Source of the DNA: Octopus sinensis
Lineage: Eukaryota
Length of the DNA: 64,000 bases
Assembly: GCF_006345805.1 (NCBI RefSeq)
Contig: NC_043007.1
Span: forward strand, 60,140,001-60,204,000
Direction: 5' to 3'
Below the pieces are notes generated by a model. The model saw nothing but the letters and a program-made list of their open reading frames with translations, had not been told where the DNA came from and ran no database searches. The position numbers and the translations under genes were made by a program. Numbering within the stretch: position 1 is the first letter of the stretch; each line of letters begins with the position of its first letter. Below are positions 1-11,550 of this stretch, in pieces.

Positions 1-1816
1 GCTTTTGTCAGAGCGACGAAAACCTGATATAAATCCAGACTCTGTTCCACACACTTCTTCTGAAGCTGTCTAGCAAAGAAGATCACATCAGCAATGCTGC
101 GTCCCACATGAAAGCCAGATTGACTTTCTGGAAGAACACAATATGCAACGTGTTTCAGCAAACGATCCAGAAGTACCCTGCATAAAGCCTTTCCAACGAC
201 AGAAAGCAATGATACTCCCCTATAGTTACCGCAATCATTTCTGTTGCCCTTTCCCTTATATAAGACCCCCATTACGGTATCTCTCCAGTCCTCAGGTACA
301 GATACACTAGCCCATATCCTACCAAACAAAGAGTGAAGTTACTTCAGAAGTTTCTCACCACCATGCTGTAACAACTCCGCATGCATGACATCCATAACCG
401 GTGACTTCCCATTATTCATCCTTGAGACAGCCTCTGCAACTTCTTCCAACTTTGGTGGTTCCACGAGAGCCGCCTTCACAGGTAATCCAGGGATGAGATT
501 GAGAACATCCTCACTAACTACAGCCTGCTGATTCAAAAGTCCATCAAAGTCTTCTCGCCACCTTTGCAGAATTCTCTGTGAATCACGAAGAAGTTCTTTA
601 CCATCCCTGCTTCGAAGGGAATCATCAGAGAAGTCGATCCGTAAACTTCTCGCAAGAGACCATACAACAGCTTTGTGTTATTGGAATCCGACGCCGCTTG
701 TATTTCATAGAGCCTCCGCCTCACACGTGATTTTACATCCTTGAGTTCCCTCTCCTGTGGCTTTGAGACAAATAGCGTGACAAAGTACGTCTTTTATCAA
801 CCAATAAATCATCTATAAGTTCATCATTTTCTTTAAACCAATATCTATGTTTTCTTTGTATCAGTCCCAGAACTTTCTTGCCTATATCATAAACTGACTT
901 TTTACGGGTCGGCCAATCCTCCCCAATATCTGCAACATTCATTTCCTCTCGTAAAGTTTTCTTCACACCAAAGACGATCAACATTCAGTCTTTTAGGCAG
1001 AGTAATCCCTGCAGCTCGGATTTTATGTTTTGTGACTAATTTCACTTTTGCACGTACTAGGCGGTGGTCAGCCCAACACTGAGCCCCACAAAGAACACGA
1101 ACACACTGCACATCTCATCTGTCACGCACCCTAACAAGGATGTAATTCAGAATATGCCATTCTTTATATGCAGGGTGTGTCCATGTGGTCTTAAACTTAT
1201 TCTTTTGTTGAAACATGGTATTGGTAACACACAGACGCAGCTCCTCACACATCTACAGCAGAAGCATGCCATTACTATTACACTTTCCAATTACAGTCCA
1301 TGTGTTGAAATCTCTACCCACTCTAGCATTAAAGTCACTCAGTACGATGACTTTGTCTGTCCGAGGAATATTTCTTATAATGCCCTTCAAAGCATGATAG
1401 AAAGAAACTTTTTCGTCATCAGTATAGCACATAGTTGGAGCAAACACGCTCACCAAGGTCACATAATTTCCTTTAGCCAATGGAATTCTCATGGACATAA
1501 GACGCTCGTTAATCCCAACTGGGAATTATTCCAGCTTGTCCATAAGAGTAGTCTTGACAGTAAATGCCACTCCAGCCTCTCCTCTAAACTCTTCATTCTT
1601 CCCTTTCCAAAAGAATGTATATTTTTCACAAGATTCTGTAAGATGACCATCTCCAGCTAATCTCGTCTCAGATAAAGCAACGATGTCAAGATCATAGTGT
1701 CGAAGCTCCTTCGCAACAAGCGCAGTCCTTCGTTCATGACATTCAGAGGACTCGCGGCCAAGCAGCGTCCGTACATTCCAACAGCCAATATTCAATATTT
1801 TATTTGGTTCTATCAC
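1..1816 (-). mobile_element. RTE-clade LINE (BovB/RTE-1-like), decayed APE endonuclease + RT ORF, cut by the window start
   Basis: The minus strand gives the APE N-terminus NIGCWNVRTLL...ERRTALVAKELRHYDLDIVALSETRL (1526-1816) and KVIVLSDFNARVG (1253-1498). Bases 1-140 read VLPESQSGFHVGRSIADVIFFARQLQKKCVEQSLDLYQVFVALTKA, the start of the RT domain. There are many stops and frameshifts. Confidence 0.93.
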
Positions 1817-2280
1817 AGTAGCATGATGACGGCCGGGTTCAGACTGTTATGCTCTGGAGCCCCTGCCGGGCCAGACTCTTTCATCTGATGTAGTTCCAGA
1901 GTCCTTACTGCCATTTATTTTTATACTGTTTTGGTACATCATTGATTATTTGCTTTTTAAGGCTACAGCCAGCCATTCAGTTGAGACTCACAGCACTATC
2001 AACAATCATAAATTAGTTAATCAATTTAATCAATTAATGTTGTTATCGTCCAATGCCTGTGCAAGATTTTTTTAAAGTTAGGAAAAGCTGTACACTGAGT
2101 CAATCCCACTCACTAAGCAACAGCAGCCATAATCCGAAAAGAAGAACAAGTCAACATCATCGGTAACCACTGAGCCGCAGGTTTTATGTCGGAGTTATCC
2201 CAGTTACCTGAGTTGCCTTCTCCTAAAAGGATGCCCTTACAAAGGCTCCCAATGGTTTAACCGCGCGATCGGGTATTCAG
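1817..2280 (-). other. Probable 5' UTR of the RTE element
   Basis: CpG-retaining, non-microsatellite sequence directly upstream of the APE ORF. The boundary is not defined. Confidence 0.35.
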
Positions 2281-2384
2281 TCCTATTATTTCTATGTCCC
2301 CGCGCATGATACAACCATAAGCTGAATAAGATAGATAGAAGGGAAAAAAAAACATACGATATATATGGTGATCATTAAGCTCTA

Positions 2385-2793
2385 CAGTAATTTTGGGAGC
2401 TGTACTTTTGTGATCTTTTCTAACAATTCGTGTGTCTGATAGTCCCTATCTGAAAGTTTTGTTTTTCTTCTGGAGTTTTGGTTCGACGAGGAGGTTTTTC
2501 CCTCTTTCTCAAGAGCTGTCATTACTTTCGAGACAGAACTTCTTCATACACCAAACATTTCGGCTGTTTTTGTTATACGAGCACCAACAATTTGACTTCT
2601 TTGAAAGTCCGACAGATCTGTCATTTTAATGAATTTTAATTACCTTTTTCTGATGATATCTGAAAAGAAACAGCAATTTTAGCAAAGCATATTAAGCAAC
2701 ACTAATAATAAATCCAAAAACATAAGAATAAACAAGCTTTTGACGGTTTTATAAATATTTCGAAATTATGATGCTATGATGCTTGGTGTTTCC

Positions 2794-2795
<2 letters not shown>
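2385..2795 (-). mobile_element. Tc1-like transposon 5' fragment (transposase paired-like HTH)
   Basis: From ATG 2624 the minus strand reads MTDLSDFQRSQIVGARITKTAEMFGV*RSSVSKVMTALEKEGKTSSSNQNSRRKTKLSDRD, matching the Tc1 N-terminal pattern LSDFxRGQIVGAR...VSKVMTA...SGRKPKLxDRD. It ends at a (TA)n tract. Confidence 0.85.
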
Positions 2796-2834
<39 letters not shown>

Positions 2835-2850
2835 ATATATATATATATAT

Positions 2851-3715
2851 AGCAATTAAGGACAACTACTTAATAAGGAAAACTTAACAAGAAATTGTCA
2901 GGTAGATAGCGTGAAAACCTCATAAGAGAATAAATTTCGAAAATAATTATTTCTTATTGAACATATTAATTTATATATAGAGGGCATTATACATACATGC
3001 CAGAGGGCATTATACATACATGCCACACGCTAAGAGGGACAATTAGTCATTTCTACCAAAAATATTACTAATCCCACCGAATGCAATTTTTCAAAGTAAG
3101 ACATTTAAAAAATATAGACCTGTATCACAGTGATTTCATACTTACGTATTCATCAGCAGGCCTGAATGTATCATAAATAAACGACCCTGCCCCGCTTAAG
3201 CCGATCAGCTAACTGATCAACATCAACGAAGCACATGGGTGAGTTTACATATATTACATCCTGTAAATGGCATACTTTTACGAATTGCATTTCGGGAAAG
3301 GAAAAGTTTCTTCGGAATACAAATTTAGCAATTAAGGACAACTACTTAATAAGGAAAACTTAACAAGAAATTGTCAGGTAGATAGCGTGAAAACCTCATA
3401 AGAGAATAAATTTCGAAAATAATTATTTCTTATTGAACATATTAATTTATATATAGAGGGCATTATACATACATGCCAGAGGGCATTATACATACATGCC
3501 ACACGCTAAGAGGGACAATTAGTCATTTCTACCAAAAATATTACTAATCCCACCGAATGCAATTTTTCAAAGTAAGACATTTAAAAAATATAGACCTGTA
3601 TCACAGTGATTTCATACTTACGTATTCATCAGCAGGCCTGAATGTATCATAAATAAACGACCCTGCCCCGCTTAAGCCGATCAGCTAACTGATCAACATC
3701 AACGAAGCACATGGG
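2851..3715 (+). repeat. Direct tandem duplication, 389 bp unit (2851-3239 and 3327-3715, period 476)
   Basis: The two copies look identical by eye, and each contains an internal 23-bp doublet gagggcattatacatacatgcca. Confidence 0.95.
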
Positions 3716-3919
3716 GCAGGGGCAGGGTCGTTTATTTATGATACATTCAGGCCTGCTGATGAATACGTAAGTATGAAATCACTGTGATACAGGTCTATAT
3801 TTTTAAATGTCTTACTTTGAAAAATTGCATTCGGTGGGATTAGTAATATTTTTGGTAGAAATGACTAATTGTCCCTCTTAGCGTGTGGCATGTATGTATA
3901 ATGCCCTCTATATATAAAT
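3446..3919. repeat. Long inverted repeat (fold-back): 3719-3919 is the reverse complement of about 3446-3669
   Basis: The arms match except for one copy of the 23-bp doublet and one A in a homopolymer. The spacer is about 50 bp. Confidence 0.93.
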
Positions 3920-3940
3920 ATATTTATAATATATATATAT

Positions 3941-3972
<32 letters not shown>

Positions 3973-5178
3973 CGAGGGGCGTTCAATAAGTAATGCCCCT
4001 GACTCACTTCTCATAGCAGTAGAACAACGAAACTTGGCACAGTTATTAGTCTTTTTCTACATAGGAACCACCCAGAGTTACGCATTTCTCCCATCGTTTG
4101 ATGCAACTCTGGAGACCGTTTTTGTAGAGGACCCCAGCTTGGTCCTCCAACCACGACATGACTTCAGAAATCAAGTCTGTATCATCTGGGAAACGCTTTC
4201 CTTTCAAAAACAACCTCATGGCTGGGAAGAGGTGAAAATCAGAGAGTGCAAGGTCAGGAGAGTTAGGGGATGGGGGAGGAGTTCATAGCCGCACGCCTGT
4301 GCTTCTGATCTGGCAACACGTGAGTTGTGGACCAGAGCATTGTCCTGCAGGAGGAGGATGCCTTTGCTGATCTTGCCCCGCCTCTTGATTTTGATAGCTT
4401 CTCTTAATTTCCTCAAAAGTGAAGCATAATAGGCTCCTGTAATTGTGGAACCCTTTGCCAGGAAACCTGTCATCGCTATTCCGTCCTGGTCCCAGAAGAC
4501 TGTGAGCATGACCTTACCAGCGGAGGGCTGCACCTTTGCCTTCTTTGGAGGAGGTGAGTCACGGTGCTTCCACTGCATTGACTGGGCTTTGGTCTCTAGA
4601 TCATAATGATGGACCCAGGTTTCATCCTGGGTAATCAGTCTTTTGAAAAATTTCGACTCATCTTCTTGGCACATCTCCAAATTTATCCTCGAGCACTCAA
4701 CGCGTTCTTGCTTCTGGAAAGGTGTGAGCAACTTGGGAATCCATCTGGCAGACACCTTTTGCATATGCAAATGGTCATGAATGATAGTTTCCACAAACCC
4801 GGTACTAATCTTGACCTCATAGGCTATTTGGCGAATAGTTATGCGTCGATCTTCCAAAATGGCAGCCTCAACTTGACAGACAGATGCCTCATCAATGACA
4901 GAAAGGGGGCAACCAGATCTGAGAGCTGTTTCCACAGAGTTCCGACCAAGTTTGAATTCACGATGCGAGCGTTTTACAAGGTCATATGATGGGGAATCAT
5001 TACCATAGGTTACTTTCATTTCATCAAAAGTCTCCCGTGGTGTGCATCCTTACAAATACAAAAACCGGATCACTGCTCGACACTCAACAGGCTCCATTCC
5101 ATACTTGACTCAGTTCAAACACCTGTAAATCAAACAACTGCAAATGGGTCAGGGGCATTACTTATTGATCGTCCCTCG
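3973..5178. mobile_element. Full-length mariner (DD34D, irritans/Hsmar2-like) with 31-bp TIRs and TA target duplication
   Basis: Left TIR CGAGGGGCGTTCAATAAGTAATGCCCCTGAC versus right TIR (reverse complement) CGAGGGACGATCAATAAGTAATGCCCCTGAC, 29/31 identical. TA is present on both sides. Confidence 0.97.
4046..5097 (-). pseudogene. Mariner transposase, about 350 codons, with one nonsense and one frameshift
   Basis: MEPVECRAVIRFLYL*GCTP...WIPKLLT...ITQDETW...LQDNA...(frameshift about 4267) SPDLALSDFHLF...KRWEKCVTLGGSYVEKD*. The premature TAA is at 5050-5052. Confidence 0.95.
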
Positions 5179-5185
5179 TATATAT

Positions 5186-5218
<33 letters not shown>

Positions 5219-5236
5219 GTATATACTGTATTACTG

Positions 5237-5292
<56 letters not shown>

Positions 5293-5475
5293 CAGTAATC
5301 ACTCACCACATCGCGGTTCACCTATCACGCACTCAGTACATCGCGGATTTTTCTGGTTAAAATATGTGAATTTATATCGCGGGTTTCTGCACCCGATAAG
5401 TATTTATATTTAGATTTTAATTTTTTCTGTGAAAGCTTTTAGAACGTAACACCCGCGAAAGACGAGGGATTACTG
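5293..5475. mobile_element. pogo/Tigger-type MITE, 183 bp
   Basis: Ends are TA|CAGTAATCACTC ... GAGGGATTACTG|TA, with Tigger-like internal atcgcgg motifs, inserted in (TA)n. Confidence 0.85.
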
Positions 5476-5483
5476 TATATATA

Positions 5484-5658
5484 GACGCAGGCGTAGCTAT
5501 GTGGTAAGAAGCTTGCTTCGCAGCCACATTGTTCCGGTTTCAGTCCCACTGCGTGACATCGTGGGCAAGTGTCCTCTACTATGCCCACGGTGAATTTGGT
5601 TGACTGAAACTGAAAGAAGCCCGTCGTATATATACACATGTCTGTGCATGTATATATT

Positions 5659-5697
<39 letters not shown>

Positions 5698-5830
5698 ATA
5701 TCTGTATGTGTGTGTGTGTGTCTGTGTTTGTCCCCCCACCATCACCGCATGACAACCGCTGTTGGTGTGCTTACATCCCCGCAACTTAGCGGTTCGGCAA
5801 AAATAGCGAATACGATAAATACTAAGCTTA
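5484..5830 (+). mobile_element. SINE family A (tRNA-derived, internal microsatellite), partly deleted
   Basis: Head gcaggcgtagctatgtggtaag...ggtttcagtccc (A/B-box-like), then gggcaagtgtc and gaagcccgtcgta, (TG)n and the 3' half. It aligns with the other copies in the window. Confidence 0.85.
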
Positions 5831-6049
5831 ATATATATATATAAACTAAGCCTTGGGTCGTTTCTAGCTTCTTTGTCAAAGTTCTTTCGTTATACATCAT
5901 GTGATCTCTTCAACGATTTTCTATCCTATGTGTCTCCTCTTGTTCTGCTTATTCCAAATGAAATAAGTGGCAAAATATAACCATCCCCAAGTGTAACAGT
6001 AGGTATATGTGTGTGTGTGTGTACGTGTGTGGTTGTGTGAGTGCGCGTG

Positions 6050-6100
<51 letters not shown>

Positions 6101-6321
6101 CTATGTATGTACGCATAAAACATCATTAACAATTTCACTCAACTCCATGTGATTTAAAGTTTTGTGGACAGGTCAATGTCTCCTACTATCTACGCACTCA
6201 CAAACTATTAGGTTATATGAAGCTGTCAAACTGTCATGAAAAATATATGTCACTCCTTAAAAATATGTTGAGTACCTCTTACTTTCGTTTCCCCTATAAA
6301 TTAATAAATAAATAAATAAAC

Positions 6322-6367
<46 letters not shown>

Positions 6368-7109
6368 AGAAAAATAATCCTTTATTAGCGTTTTCATTCG
6401 TTTTTAATTCAATCAATAAATGTTTTCTCTTCATCCATCATCATTACTATTAAAAAAATAATAATAAAAATATAGTTCTGCATCTCTTTAATTTTTGAAG
6501 CGAAGTTTTTGATGAAGTGTAGCGCCATTGCCTTCGGAATTTCGGGTCATCTATAGAACATTTGTAAAAGGGAAAGATTTTTCTTATTTCTTCTATCCTA
6601 CTTCCTAAAATTGACATCTTTGAAAGGTCACTAGCCCTTGTGAGAAAACATGTTTATTTTCAAATATGTTGATGGGTATACAATGGAAAGTAAAAAGAAC
6701 GAAAAAAAAAAATGCTTTGTAATGAAATTTCAATAAATTGACCATATCAAATTGAAAAGAAACTTCTCACTCTCTCTCTTTCTCTTTCTCTTCCTATCTA
6801 TCTGTCTATCTATCTGTCTATCCTTTTCCCATCCTTTATTATCATTTTTTCTCCTCTTTCTTGATTGTCCTGAAACCTCTTTCTATCTATCTATTTCCCC
6901 CCACTCTATGCTTTTCTTTCTCACTCTCCCCACTTGCCCCCCCTAAGCCTAACCAATGTTCTCCCCTTCAAAACAAAGCAAAAAAGGTATCCGATTCATA
7001 GAAATGAATAACGAAAGATTCTGTTTTTACCATTTTGATTTTGTGTTGACGAGTTCGAAAAACGAACGAAAGCGCTAAAAAGGATTATGCAGAATACTGA
7101 CTGCCTCCT

Positions 7110-7203
<94 letters not shown>

Positions 7204-7208
7204 CAATA

Positions 7209-8278
7209 TAAGGTCATCCCATAAGTTCTGTCCCATTTTACCTTTTTTTAAAATTGAATGAAATTTAATAGTATTTTAGAATGTCTAATGGAATTAAAAA
7301 TTATTTTTATGCATATGTGTACATTTAAACTAATTAAATATTATTTTACTGAATAACAGAATTAAAATTTCTTTGATTAAAACCCTTTATAACATGGAAG
7401 TGTCCAAAGAGCATTTGAGGCACATAATGCTTTATGAGTACAAAAAGGAAACTCTGCAGCCAAAGCGACTCGAAACATACACTCAGTTTATGGGAAAGAA
7501 TACTTGAATGAAAGAACTTGCAGAAGATGGTTTGCAAAATTCAGAAGTGGAGATTTCAACCTTAAAGATGGAGATCAAACAGGACGCCTAGTTGAGTTTG
7601 ATGATAATCTCCTTGAGGCATTATCAATTGAAGAATTGGCAATAAGGCTCAGTTCAAACCATACAACTGTTCATCGGCATCTTCAGCAACTTGGAAAGGT
7701 TCCTAAACTTGGAAAGTGAGTGCCTCATAAATTGTCCGAAAGCAACCGCAAATCCCGAGTTGACATCTGCTCTTCTCTCCATTCTCGCGAACTCATTTCA
7801 TCCTTTTTTGATAGACTTGTGACTGGTGACGAAAAATGGATCTTCTATCGAAATGTTAAACGTCGTAAATAGTGGCTTGGTAAAAGGGAAAAAGCTCAAT
7901 CACAACCGAGAAGGGAACTTCATGGGGAAAAGGTTCTTCTCTCTATCTGGTGGAATTGCAAAGGAGTAATTCACTTGTTACCACCTAATGCAACAATCAA
8001 TGCTCAAGTTTACTGTCAGCAATTAGAGCGTTTGAAACAAGCTTTGAAAAAAAAAAAGACCCGCTTTAGTGAATCGAAAAGGAGTGATGTTTCATTAGGA
8101 CAATGTGTGTCCCCACATTGCAAAGAAGATCGAAGAGCTTGGTTGGGAAAAAATTCCTTGTCCACCTTATTCTCCCGCCCTTGTTCCTTCAGACTACCAT
8201 TTGTTTCGTAGTTTGCAGAATCATTTGGGGGACATAACTTTCGCAAGCCAGGAGGAGGTCGAACCTGACATTTCAAGT
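7209..8278 (+). mobile_element. Second mariner (cecropia/mauritiana-like, Hsmar1-type motifs), decayed and 3' truncated
   Basis: Putative TIR taaggtcatcccataagttctgtccc. From ATG 7394: MEVSKEHLRHIMLYEY...NERTCRRWFAKFRSGDF...K*VPHKL...VTGDEKW...PPYSPALVPSDYHLFRSLQNHL, with several stops and frameshifts. No right TIR. Confidence 0.93.
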
Positions 8279-8571
8279 ACATATATATAGATATATACAT
8301 ATATATATATATAAATATGAACATACATACATACACACACACGTGCGTGTGTGTATGTGTGTATACCATTATAGGTTTTGGTCATTATTGGCCCCGACCA
8401 TGTATAACTCAATAATACTTTCTAAGAAGGTTTTTAGACCTTATTTAGGACTCCACGATTTAAAATGTGCACAGACATGCACACGCGCGCGCGCACAGAC
8501 ACATACATACACATACATATACATATATTATATGTAATATAATATTATTTACACACGCACGCACACACTCG

Positions 8572-8630
<59 letters not shown>

Positions 8631-8644
8631 CAGTGAGAGAGAGA

Positions 8645-8675
<31 letters not shown>

Positions 8676-8678
<3 letters not shown>

Positions 8679-8782
8679 ATAAGTACTAAGCTTACAAAGA
8701 ATAAGTCCTGGGGTCGATTTGTTCGACTAAAGGCGGTGCTCCAGCATGGCCGCAGTCAACTGACTGAAACAAGTAAAAGAAT
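8676..8782 (+). mobile_element. SINE family A, 3' end only
   Basis: gaataagtcctggggtcgatttgttcgactaaaggcggtgctccagcatggccgcagtc...aaacaagtaaaaga. Confidence 0.85.
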
Positions 8783-9826
8783 ATGTATATATATTATATA
8801 TCACCAAAGGCGAATTAAGTACAGTATTTGTCCAGAGAATATAACAAATGGGCTTACTGCGTTTAAAAGCAAAAATATACCAGTTGCAGGCGAAAATCGC
8901 TCAGCAGCGTCAATTTTCGTCTCGTTCTGAAATATTATGTTTTTAATAGAAGTCTGTCAGGAGATTTCATCGCAGACAATTTCTCTGTATCATACCTTTT
9001 AATGATGCGTATGCAATAGCAGATTCAAAACTGAATCGCTAGATAGCTGAATAGACATCACTGTTTAACCACAGTCGTTTCACGTGATCGCCAATTAACT
9101 AACATTCTACAATGCTCTCACTGAACCCAATACAAAAGTGGTGTTTTGTGGTAACTCTTGATTGTAAGCAGCTACTCGTAGAATTCTGAGACAGTCGCTT
9201 GACATTTCCATTCTTATGGCAGTTTTTGTCGTCGTTAATATAGCGCAATTATTTTCCAATTGTGATGAGCCAACCACAGATTGCTAGATATCAGTTAGAT
9301 TGTCGGAGATCCCAATTGTGTCCACTGGTGTGTAATTGTCGTTGTTACTTTTCATCCAAAGACCAACACATAGAACACTATATGTAGTAAATAAAGCTTC
9401 TGTTAATCGTTCATGAGTATTGTTAATCACTTTTACGTGCAGCCTTAGAAAGACATTTTCGTTTGCCACCAATATCAAATACACAAACGACGCCTCACAA
9501 CAATACATTTAGTGTGATACACACATGGGGATTTTAATCTAATGCTGTTTCAGTTGCGTATACAGAATTTTTATGCAGCCCATCAAGAATCCGTAGTACC
9601 GGTGAATGCTCTATTCATTGTATTCCTGTATATCGAAGTATGAATTTCGTTTAAGGGGGTATCAATCGGATGTACGGCATTGACAAGCTTTAAAAAATGC
9701 GAGGTGCATCAATCACTCATTCTCATGAGTCGATGTTCGCCTCGCTACACACATATATATATATATACATACATACATATATGTATGCATATATATATAT
9801 ATATCTATATATATATATTATATATA

Positions 9827-9872
<46 letters not shown>

Positions 9873-9875
9873 TAT

Positions 9876-10418
9876 TCTTTTATTTGTTTCAGTCCTTTGA
9901 CTGCGGCCATGCTGGAGCACCGCCTTTCTTCGAACAAATCGACTCCAGGACTTATTCTTTGTAAGCCTAATACTTATTCTATCAGTCTCTTTTTGCCGAA
10001 CCGCTAGATTATGGGGACGTAAACACACCAACATCGGTTGTCAAGCGATTTTATAGAGACAAACACAGACACACAAACACACATATATGTGTGTGTATAT
10101 GTTTGTGTGTCTATGTCTGTTCCCCCAACATCGTTTGACAACCAATGCTGGTGTGTTTACGTCCCTGTGATTTAGCGGTTCGGCAAAAACAACCGATAGA
10201 ATAAGTACTAGACTTACAAAGAATAAGTCCTGGGGTCGATTTGCTGGACTAAAGACGGTGCCCCAGCATGGCCAAAGTCAAATGACTGAGACAAGTAAAA
10301 GAACATATATACGACGGACTTACCTCAGTTTCCGTCTACCAAATCCACTCACAAGGCTTTGTTTTGTCAGCCCATGGCTATAGTATAAGACACTTGCCAA
10401 AGGTGCCACGCAATGGGA
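9876..10418. mobile_element. Nested SINE family A: a minus copy (3' half 9876-10082, 5' half 10305-10418) interrupted by a plus 3' half (10095-10302)
   Basis: Orientation and order of the shared motifs. Confidence 0.8.
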
Positions 10419-10871
10419 ATAAATAATATTAATATATGATACAATATATACATACATAATTATATTTTTTATATATATGCACATATACCTACTGTTAAAT
10501 GACAGGTGCTTTTGCTATCATGAATAATATCACAAAATATAACATACATACAATAATTATAATTAATATAAAATTTTTTAGTGTTTATATAAAAAATTAC
10601 TTGAAATTAAATCAAATGAAACAGATTTCTCGTTTGTATATTTTTAACCAGATATATGTAATTATTTCAAAAAATTTTTATCGGTATAATGGCAATCCCC
10701 TCCGAAAACCTACCTCTGCAAAGTTTTATTTTAAAATGTGTATTTTTCGAAGTTGTAAGACACAGCCTGCCCCTCGTACGTCAGCTCTCTCTGGATCTCT
10801 CTTTTATTCTCCCACACCCTCTCTCTATACTATACAAAGCGTACAAAACGTACATATAAACACATTATACA

Positions 10872-10912
<41 letters not shown>

Positions 10913-11294
10913 ATACATATATACGCACACACGCATAATTTATATGTATGTATATAAGTATATAACATATATCTATGTATGTGTGTATGTATTTTCCCTT
11001 TAGGTCTTCTGATAAACAGTGTTATAATAATCCAGAGGAGTGAATGGAAGGCTCTTGTGACAGTCTTCAGTCGTTTGAAGCGCTTCTTCTCTACATAACG
11101 TTTGTTTATAGTTGCTCACTCATAATCTAACACATTAGTAGAAATGATGATGTAGCGCACATGTAGTCATCCATTACAAATATACTGAGACAGAGAGAGA
11201 GTGTGTGTGTGTAATGATGGAGAAGAGAAAGAAAGATGATGCGAGGGCAATAGAAATGTTTAAATGTGGCGAGAGAGATGCAGACAGAGGCATT

Positions 11295-11550
11295 GGGATA
11301 TAAAATGACGTCAGTTTCTAACTGGCCTCAATACTATTTAGTAGCATCGTTAATGTAGTAAGCTCTATTGAGGCTACGACTATTACGATACCAGCACCGA
11401 ACACCCAACACTACATATGCAAATAAGGTAGGAGTCGCGTCGACCAATCAACAGCGAGTAGATGCATGTCACGTGCACCCGGTGAGTCGGTAATTGTTAG
11501 AGAAAAAGCTTTCTTATAAACTGTGTGTGGCAAAGTTACAGCGAAAGGTA
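11295..11550 (+). promoter_or_regulatory. CpG-rich promoter-like motif cluster
   Basis: TATAAAA 11299, CRE TGACGTCA 11306, octamer ATGCAAAT 11417, gaCCAATca 11442 and E-box GTCACGTG 11468. There are 11 CpG in 11341-11520, and donor-like sites ccg|gtgagt (11482) and aag|gtaaaa (11548). Confidence 0.55.

Noticed and set aside
1064-1660. 198-aa + strand ORF
   Set aside because: It is the antisense shadow of the RTE endonuclease region.
4606-4989. 127-aa + strand ORF
   Set aside because: It is antisense to the mariner transposase.
10499-10957. 152-aa ORF, and the many [12 protein letters not shown] ORFs
   Set aside because: These are translations of stop-poor dinucleotide microsatellites and AT-rich DNA.
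11145-11190. C box ATGATGA and D box CTGA (snoRNA)
   Set aside because: The boxes are too close together, there is no terminal stem and no recognisable guide.
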